Shown here: positions 45,774 through 64,000 of the stretch, in pieces
Layout: every line of letters begins with the position of its first letter
Position numbering within the stretch: position 1 is the first letter of the stretch
Source: Trichoplax adhaerens
Taxonomy: Eukaryota; Animalia; Placozoa
Reading direction: 5' to 3'
Assembly: GCF_000150275.1 (NCBI RefSeq)
Contig: NW_002060946.1
Coordinates: 3,925,454-3,989,453 of the forward strand
DNA length: 64,000 bases
Translations under genes and position numbers: made by a program
Notes under the pieces: generated by a model
Seen by the model: only the letters and a program-made list of their open reading frames with translations
Database searches by the model: none
Told to the model about the DNA's origin: nothing

Positions 45774-46438
45774 AGTCTCCAATCTCGATTGCTGAACACC
45801 GTGATCAGCAAACGGCACCGCCAAAAGCGGATCAATGAGTGAACTCGAATGCGATACGCACGTGCAGTACTCTCCACAGTACAGTACGTGTACAGTACTG
45901 TTTTTGAATGTGCAAAGTCCCTGGTTTACAGTACGATCTGGTCCATTTCACAATGCATTGTACTGTACTGCATAGTAGTGCATACAGTACAGTACAGTAC
46001 TGTGCAGTACTGTACGGTACTGTACTGGTTAAGGTTCAAAGAAAGAAGAAAAAATCCCTTCCATTTCTATTGTACGTACTGTACTGTACACTTCTTTCTT
46101 TGACAGTAATTGTACAGTACAGTACTGTGTACAGTATTATACTGTACTGTACACTATACAGTACTGTAGAAGGTTTTTCTTTCTTTTACTACAGTACAGT
46201 AGAGTGCTAACTTTTTATTTAATCTAATTTTGAATCATTTTCCTTCCATTTTTCTTTCTTTTTACCTCTGCCAAGTCCTGTACAGTATACAATGTAGATC
46301 CAATTAAAAATCGGGTAAATAGAGCCTATCAATGTGCAGTACAGCATTCAACTGTATGCTCAGTGTACAGTGTCATGAACCTCTAGAAATGAGTAGTTCT
46401 ATGACCGAACAAGCTTGCGGTAACTCTGTTGTACGGCC

Positions 46439-46558
46439 CCGTTCATAATAACCTCGATTACTCACTCAGATACTCAGCGTAAATAGCTTAAAAGGATGAT
46501 ACTGTATTCTAGGAGTCTTGACGCCGAGTATCTGAGTAATCGGGGTTATTATGAACGG
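46439..46558. mobile_element. 120-bp MITE-like element / long hairpin with ~38 bp inverted arms
   Basis: Left arm CCGTTCATAATAACCTCGATTACTC[ACTC]AGATACTCAGCGT (46439-46480). Right arm ACGCCGAGTATCTGAGTAATCGGGGTTATTATGAACGG (46521-46558). Two mismatches and a 4-nt bulge; no clear target-site duplication. Confidence 0.6.
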
Positions 46559-47200
46559 ATCTACTGTGTTGTGCTGTACAGTATACAGTACCATGGACTA
46601 CAGTTCAAGTTACTAAATTACGTGATTAGTGCAACGATCAAGTGTTGTACACTGCGGTATACATACAGTTCAGTACTATTAAAACCGAAAAATTATATTC
46701 TATTTCTGAAAAGGGACAATAAACGAATGAATGATACCAGATCCTTATTAATACGAATATAAATTGACGATAAGTTTGTAACAATGACTGTACGTACTTT
46801 GAAAATATCAATGGACTGCTCAATATGAAATCGAGTAGTCTATACCCTGGTATTATTCAATATTTTTGAATTCAAAAGTAGCAATAAGTAAAGTGTTGGC
46901 CAAGACGTTCTCACTGCAGTACAGTATACTGTATATAACTTAAAATGATTAATGAAGTATGGAGAAGAAGCACAATATTAACTTGACTATTATAGCAGCG
47001 AGTACTACTCATTAGCGGTTATGCTTGCTCTCTGTGCGAGCAAATACTGTGGTGTACGCGTATTTTCTTTTTTAGTCAACTAAAGAATGAATCGATATCT
47101 AGAAAATGATGACATCTGACAGTATTGATATTTACGGTAACCAGTATCTACAGTACTGTATGACTACGGTACAGTGTACAGTATAGTGTACAGTACACTA

Positions 47201-47352
47201 CTGCACTTGTACTGTAGTGATACGTTGTTATACTGTAGAGCAAAAAGGTTTGAAGAGGGCATACAGTACAGTACAGTACAGTACTGTACTGCACTTGTAC
47301 TGCACTGATCCGTTGTTAAACAGCAAAAAGGTTTGAGGAGGGCATAGAGTAC
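47201..47352. repeat. ~88 bp-period direct duplication inside the GTAC island
   Basis: ctgcacttgtactg....tgat.cgttgtta...agcaaaaaggtttga.gagggcata.agtac at 47201 and 47289. Confidence 0.85.
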
Positions 47353-47715
47353 TGTAATTTATTTAGGCGCGCGTCCTCTGTTTTCCTACAGTACAGTATG
47401 CTTGTACTGTACTGCACAGTACATAGTACTGTACCCTGACTATACTGTCCATTGTAACAGTTCAGAACAGAAGAAGCTTTCTCTTAGTAACTGCACCGCG
47501 TCCTACTGTACACAATACGGTACAGTAGTGTGCACAAGAAAAAAGCTCCATTTTTCCACTTTACAGTACTGTACAGTACAGTACAGTACTGCACAGTACA
47601 GTACAATACAGTACAGCACAATACAGGATTGTACTGTACTGTTCATTGTTTTCTTTCTTTTACCTGAGCACAGTATGACCGTTTACAGTACTATTCCTAC
47701 TCTGTACTGTAGATA

Positions 47716-47731
47716 TGACGTAAATCACGTG
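47716..47731. promoter_or_regulatory. CRE-like TGACGTAA plus E-box CACGTG about 230 bp upstream of the Gs alpha ATG
   Basis: atgacgtaaatcacgtgg; motif match only. Confidence 0.3.
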
Positions 47732-47949
47732 GCTCCAAGGATTTTTATTTTTTAGTCGATCCCATAATGCTGTAAGGGATCCGCCTAGGACTTGTTTGTT
47801 GTGCTATTAGTGTTACTAACTTGCTCGCCTTTTTTCGTGTCGACGACTACGTCTGTGAACGAGGTTTTCTTTGGCTTTACCTCGCTTTAATTTACTTATT
47901 TAAACTAGCGCTTGGTAGCGAGCTGTAGCCGCAGCTACCATCGCATGCC

Positions 47950-53742
<5,793 letters not shown>

Positions 53743-55854
53743 GAAGTATCCAATTAAGTACTTCATGGAAGTTATGAACCTGCTCTCGACACCGGCCTGT
53801 ACTCTGGCTTAGCGAATGTAAAATGATTTACTTAAGAGATATTAGGTGTGCTATCAAGCATTTGTTGGATGTAATTTATATACATTGTTGCCTCAGATCC
53901 TAATTACTTCTTATTGAAAGAACTTTATTACCATCTAATTGACACTTTTAATTCTCTTTTCTTAAAACACTGTCAACTGCTTTCAGTTTGATACATTAAT
54001 GTGTTCGAGTGAGAGGCCACTACACCCGAAAGTGGTAGTAGTTCTTTTCTCTTTTTGACAGTATTTGACATTGCTGCCTACTATGATTGATTTTAATGTT
54101 AGTATCTGTATAGTAAAGTACGAGGTACAATCATAGTAGCGGTAGTAATATGGTAACTTGAGTGTGCTAAAGCTAGAAACTAAAATTGCATAGGGAGAAT
54201 TTTTTTATGTGGCTATCATTAACCCTTGAACAAAGAAAGATACTAATTGAATATCCCTTAGAACAGATATAGGCTATCCAGTGTAATTCCTTTTATTATT
54301 GTGATGTCATGAATTTTCCTTTTTGACATAGCTGTTGATTTTACTTCTGAAAACGGTCTTGACAATGTCTTGTATAAAGCCACATCGATATGCTGAGAAT
54401 ACTACACTAGCCTGCATTGCCTCTCCCTTTTCTTTTTTAGTAAGCTGTTGGGTTATGGTAAAAACAGTGCAATTGTATAGTTTCAACGTAAGATGTCGAT
54501 TATCAATTACAATGTTATTGTATTTGAAAACAGACTTCATACTCGAATTAGATCTCGAATAAAGTCAAATGCAATAACATGCATTAGCAGTATTTCTATT
54601 CGTTGCTTCTCCAACCAACTTGACACAGATGAGTATGTAGGGTAATTGTAGAACTGTCTGCTTTTGAAGAGTGCATTTTAATTGATTCAAATTAGACAAG
54701 TTTGTAGTATGCGGTGTCGATTGTACACATGCAGATATTGTTGAATATGCTATAGAATGGTATATATATCGTAGGCGACTAGTAGCACGTGTACAAATAT
54801 TGCCCGTTAAAAAGGGATCTTGGAAAATGAATGCACATCTTTGTGTATAAATAGGCATTAGCATTGCATGTAGTACTACGCCGACTGTTGGATAAGATTG
54901 TGCGTGCAGATAATGCGTTTCTATTTCGGTATTTAGAAAGAGACGTTTGTAGCTACAAAATGATCACAGTTTGTTTACTTTACTCACCGATTTACAATCT
55001 GTATTAGGGTTATCGTATTTGCTTAGTCTATTTTGCTCTCTGAGTAAGGTGATCCCATTTGAGTGGATCTCTTGTATATGCAGAGACGCAGATGTACTGT
55101 GCCGCCAGAGGCCAAAATGAGTAGAAGCTATAAGAAATTGAGTATCATTTAATGTAAATAATAATTCTCAACGCAAGCTTTTTCAATGTGTAACTTTTTT
55201 TAACGTCAAGAAGGTGCTAGTAAATTCTACTTTCAATTTGCTTATGATATAACGACGAGCATGGCCACTGCATTACACCAGTGATTGTTGTACTGTACTA
55301 CTACTCCCAGTTGTGTAGTTTATGATTACGAAACAATCAAATTCAATTAAGGAAAGAGATTTATACTGTAATTGAATAATAAGATAGTTTATATAGGGCA
55401 GATTGCATGCTATAATTGCATCTGGACTTGGCTGTCTAGTACAAAGATACAATCCTATTGGCAAAATACGAATACTGTCTATTGGTAGTATTGCAATTAC
55501 TGACTGCAATAAGAAGGCAATTACTGGTAGTACAATGTCCATCTTGTCAATATGTAGCGCATATTGTTTTCCCTAGCGCTAACTTGTGCCTACGCTGACA
55601 GCATGATTATATGTTGGTAGCGCAGTATCAAGTACGTACAGTGGTAACAGGGATAACCGGAGAGTATCCTGTTTTAACGACGTTGTTAGTGATTGTAGAA
55701 GAACCTGCAGTATGGCCTATGTTAAGCAAGGCTCTTTTGCCGAGGCGTTATCAGGCTTTATGTACACAACTACACATGGTCAACTTCTTTCCATGTTCGT
55801 CCATGGTAACCTGTCAAACGGGTTTGTGTATGATGATCATCAAGTAGACTAGAG

Positions 55855-56530
55855 TATGTACAGTAGCATACTCGTACAGTAACAATGACTAGCAGTAGAA
55901 AAGAGAGAGAGTAGTACTCCATGTCGTCAAAGCTGTACAGTATTTACTGCTGTCCAATCAACTGGACAGTGGCCTCCTTTTGTCCACCGTCTGGCGACAG
56001 CCATGACTTCAAAATGATGACAAAAAGTTTTTTCCATTTCGATCATGAACTTTAAATCTAATTCGTTTGAACTCGCTACTGTACAATGTACTGTAGCGTG
56101 GAACAGGCTTTGTACCGTACTAGTAGTGTACAGTACAGTACAGCACTGTAGCGTGGGAACAGGGTTTGTACTGTACTGTACCGTGTTAACAGGATCTGTA
56201 CTACTAGTGTCAAGATAAGTCACTGGTCTACATAAAGGTACTGTAAATAAAGGTGGTCCATGCTACAGCACAATACAGCCTCTCTATACTGTAGTACAGT
56301 ATACTGTACAGTACAACAAAAGTCCTGACTACCGTATTGAATTGGGAATTTTTCCAGACGCCCGTCTCCACCAATTGAATGTACTGTACACTGTACACTG
56401 TCCCTTGGGACTAGTGTATTCTCTTACCCATACAGTAGTACATCGTCATACGACTGTAGATAGTAGTACTGTACTGTACTATTCAGTATGGTGTACAGTA
56501 CTGTACACCGCTAGTATGGTACAGTACTTT
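55855..56530. repeat. (TACAG)/(TACTG) 'GTAC island' upstream of AHCY
   Basis: Palindromes GTACAGTATACTGTAC (56294-56309) and GGTGTACAGTACTGTACACC (56490-56509). An internal unit ctgta.cgtg..aacagg...tgtac occurs three times (56091, 56146, ~56176). Confidence 0.88.
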
Positions 56531-56626
56531 TGCATCAATTAAAAGGGCCCGCGTGCATAAATCAGATCTCTTTTCATCCGTGTCTTGCTGAAGAGTTTAT
56601 TGTCCTCGCTGAGCCAAATTCTAAAA

Positions 56627-60553
<3,927 letters not shown>

Positions 60554-62950
60554 GACTTTGTGCGTTACACTTATCATTTCGATGTGATTAGTTGCGATGA
60601 TTATGTAAACGGTTTTAAGAGCTCTTAATCATCGGTCTGAATTATAAGTTAGTAAAAGATTAAGGGATCATTTTTGCCCATTATGCAAGGATTACAAAGC
60701 AAGGCAAACGATGGTGTTAGAGTAATATGTCATTTGCGTTATCATAAAAATTTTAGTGTTATAGTGATAGAAATATGCACTAGTGCAAGTAAGGTTTCCT
60801 TGATATGCTTATTCTATCAAATATTTGTACTAACATGCACGTCGAGGTAGTTGAATACAGCAATAAATTTTGCGTATTATGGCGATTTCTTATGACAAGA
60901 GTTTTATGTTGGATATCTTTCCTACGCATTTTAACGCTGTATTAGCGGTATCAAGCACTTTAGAGTTTTACCTATATTATTATTTAACCTTTTTGATAGG
61001 TTATAATTATCATACAATAAACGTTTGGATGCACGTTACTTTGGAGTTGATAATGAATTCTCTTTAATGAAAAGTGTTCTTCTATTGATATTAAAATTTT
61101 CGTAGCAGGATTCAACATATAGTTTATATTATTTACATTTATTACTTACAATAGTAGAAAACCACTTGAATTTTTTGATGTACGTGACATTGGTTTGATA
61201 GATGTGTAAGTATCACAGTTTTACTTGCACTAGTTACAGTATTAGCTTGGTAAAATGGGCCCGCACAGTAGAGACCTTTCACTTTCACAAAACGTTTTCA
61301 AAAATTTACGTACTACCGTATATCGAATGCAACAGGTGCAGACGTGCAATTAATGTTACCATTTCGTTTTACAACATAAGAGGTCGTAAGTAACCTTAAC
61401 ATGCCGCAGTAATTCTGGTTAGCCTCAATGTACTTATTAGAAAAATTTCTATTTTGATTTATTGTGAATTTATTAAAAAATATATTCAATGCTGGAATAG
61501 CCAAGGATGGGTTGTCAATTTTTAAAAGCTTATCGTTGTAAATATCATTATAAAGAGATCATATTAAGGCTCAGATTCAATTTTCATTCATCTACTCATA
61601 GATTTTATATTATGCTGCCTAGATATTTGCAATTAATTAATTAATTGATAACATATCATGCCCACATGCGAATGATAAAATATTTAGTTTTATGATTCTT
61701 AATTTAAGATGAGAAAAATTTAGTTTTGTTATGCGGATCATTTATTAGTGCTAATAAATTCCAAAGCTAAAGTAATTTTCGTATTTCTCATTTACCGATA
61801 GGCTAATAAAGGGTATTACCGTATTGTAGGTTCTAACATTGGTCTACAATGTACATAGTGTATGATTCATCATTTCTTACTACATAATATTGACTAAAAT
61901 TAATGCTAAAAGTGATTTAAAGCACTAAAGTTACAGGCAAAAGTCTAAGTTCGGATTTTTGAAATTATTGTCGTAAACGAATAACTTCAAAAAGTTTTAC
62001 AATATCAGTATGCTGTACTTATAAATAGTTACCTTAAATGTAAGACAATTTATTGGTATTGCATTTTAGATTTCTTTCCCATTTAAGTTGTTAGACCAAG
62101 TTTGAATATATAGTTATAATAATTTTTATGTTATACGAACATTATAATTTATGATTCTTTCATGTTTAAATGTATAACTACAAGAAATACAAAAAAGCTA
62201 CCACGAGTACATCATTTTATTTATTTATTGTACAGTACTTGTACAGTATTTTAAATTCAAGAAATATGCTTTAGACATTATATTTGTTAAGACAATTTCT
62301 TGAAATTTTTTATTCAAAAACTCATAAGATACGTTCGCTACTTGTTCAAATGTTGTTACTATACTGTATACCTTAAGAGTAAATAATGCCTCTTTAACAG
62401 TTGTGTACAGTGAACACCAACGTATTGGTGTAAAGTCAATAATTACAATATATCTTATAGAATAGATTAATGATAGCTAAGATTAAACCAGAAAAAGAGT
62501 TGTAATTCCAGTTATTGATCCTGTTACAGCCACGCTGTCAATGTGTCAAAACAGTAATAAGAGTTTTGATATCAAGGTTCGGTAATTTGTATTCTTAAAT
62601 ACTCAATTGACAGTAGGTTTATTCTTGATGAAATTTATACTTTCGTCTGCTGAGTAAAGTTGATTTACCAAATATTTTAAAATTGTACTTAAATAAAACA
62701 CGGTAAAAATCATGTAGCTTTGCTAATATCAGATAAATACTAATTAAATGATATCCAAAATCTTAAATGTTGTCTAAAATTATTCTAATCGTGTGGATTG
62801 AATTACGAAAATATTTTCTCCCAAGTAATTTTAACATTCGATAAACAATATTTAGCAGAGCGTAACTTACAACAGTTATACATAAAATCGAAATACCCGG
62901 GTTTGCAATCCCTCATTATACATAACTAATATAAAACGAATCAAATTGAG

Positions 62951-64000
62951 CTAAACGGCTCCAACTGAAGGAAATTTCTGAAATGAAGAAGAAATATTGT
63001 CTCCCATCAAGACTGGATCAATTCGAAATGATGATCGCACTAATGGGTTACGTTTGTATATCCTTTTAAATACGTTTAAGCATTTTGTTCGATTCTCGAG
63101 GTACTGTAGATGAGTTGATAATGGCTTCCTATTTTTTACACATTCCGAGCATTGGAAACGTTTTCTCGGTGTTACCTAAGTTGAAATTAAGAATTACGAA
63201 TCTAAGTCAATATAAAACTAGACTTACAGTAAGTTTTAGCAATACTACAATAAATATTAAAAAAATTAGTTTACATCATTTGATACCTTGATCGGTGGTT
63301 TACCAGTGTAGTTAGCAATTAAAAAATTCATGGCGATATCATCACAATTGAAGTTAGAGTTTACCCAATCTTTTATATCTTGCGGCATATTGTTTATGTA
63401 TAAATAATTATAGTAGCGATGATACATAGCCGCTTTAGTTAATATCATTGATAAATCATTAGTCCAATCGTTCGTATATAACCACTGATGCGCAGATTCA
63501 TTCCAAAGCTGATTACATGCGGGAAATCCTACAATACGGTCTGGATATTCGAGCCAGGTTTGGTAGGCAAACTCTATCTCATCTGGTGTTAACATATTCA
63601 TATCATCATCCATTGCAAAAACGGCATCAGTTTTTAACGTTTTGAATGGTATAAATCTGTAGGATAGGAGTAATTATTTACATTTTTCATAAGCAAGCAT
63701 ATAGAAGCCACCACCTTAACTATAGTATAGAATCTAACAATGTACAAAAACCTGAAATTTAAGAATGAATACTCTACAGATGTTGTACCTGTTGCTTAAT
63801 TTATTATTTTTCATCATCATAACCACTACAGGTTTCTTAGTATTGGCTTCTTCCATTAAGTAACTAGCCGATGGAGCTGCCATTTCTTGTTTATTCCATA
63901 TAATTAATATTTCTTTCAAGCTTGCGACGTTCTCTAAGATTGTTAGTATCCGTTTTAAATTATTAAACCTATTATAAGTGAGAATAATTACAGTGAAGCC
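62951..64000 (-). CDS. EXT2: Exostosin-2-like glycosyltransferase, C-terminal GT64 domain (partial; exons 62951-63175, 63287-63656, 63789-beyond 64000)
   Basis: GFTVIILTYNR, KLSNR|FIPF, AMDDDMNMLTPDEIEFAYQTW, WTNDLSMILT, MPQDIKDWV, NCDDIAMNFL, PIKV|TPRKRFQC.EC, RIDPVL...FPSVGAV-stop. Closest in style to EXT2. Confidence 0.85.

Larger units (their letters stand above)
44890..47710. repeat. Large multi-block (TACAG)/(TACTG) 'GTAC island' between divergent NEURL2-like and Gs alpha genes
   Basis: Dense blocks at about 44890-44970, 45864-46205 and 47140-47710. Perfect palindromes TGCATATACTGTACAGTATATGCA (45530-45553) and CAGTACAGTACTGTACTG (47274-47291). Confidence 0.9.

Noticed and set aside
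44872-47755. ORFs rich in Y/C/T/V/Q/S (44872-45093, 45849-46103, 45908-46210, 47402-47755; likewise 55927-56223 and 56342-56542)
   Set aside because: They are translations of the ACAGT/ACTGT pentamer repeats, which contain few stop codons, and are not credible proteins.

Overview
AT-rich (roughly one third GC), gene-dense eukaryotic DNA with many short GT-AG introns. Gene content and intron architecture point to an early-branching animal; a placozoan such as Trichoplax fits well, but this is inference. Ten spliced genes were reconstructed by hand, in order: PYURF/PreY (+), CTU2 (-), an ataxin-1-like AXH protein (+), GMPR (-), Piezo (-), SEH1 (+), an NHR+SOCS-box NEURL2/Ozz-like protein (-), Gs alpha (+), AHCY (+) and the 3' end of an EXT2-like exostosin (-). 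A possible further gene starts at the left edge. No prokaryotic system, CRISPR array, rRNA or tRNA was seen. Most interesting observations: (1) self-complementary (TACAG)n/(TACTG)n 'GTAC islands' that cluster upstream of some genes; (2) gene neighbourhoods resembling human ones (ATXN1-GMPR, CTU2-PIEZO1, PIEZO2-SEH1L-GNAL, NEURL2-GNAS-AHCY); (3) a Piezo gene whose 3' ~1,087 codons are one exon, while its 5' half has about 29 introns; (4) a PYURF start codon split by an intron; (5) a +1-frame overlapping ORF on Gs alpha exon 1; (6) MITE-like hairpins and many locus-private ~90-200 bp tandem duplications. All exon boundaries and homologies were read by eye, and reference sequences were recalled from memory. 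No searches were run.
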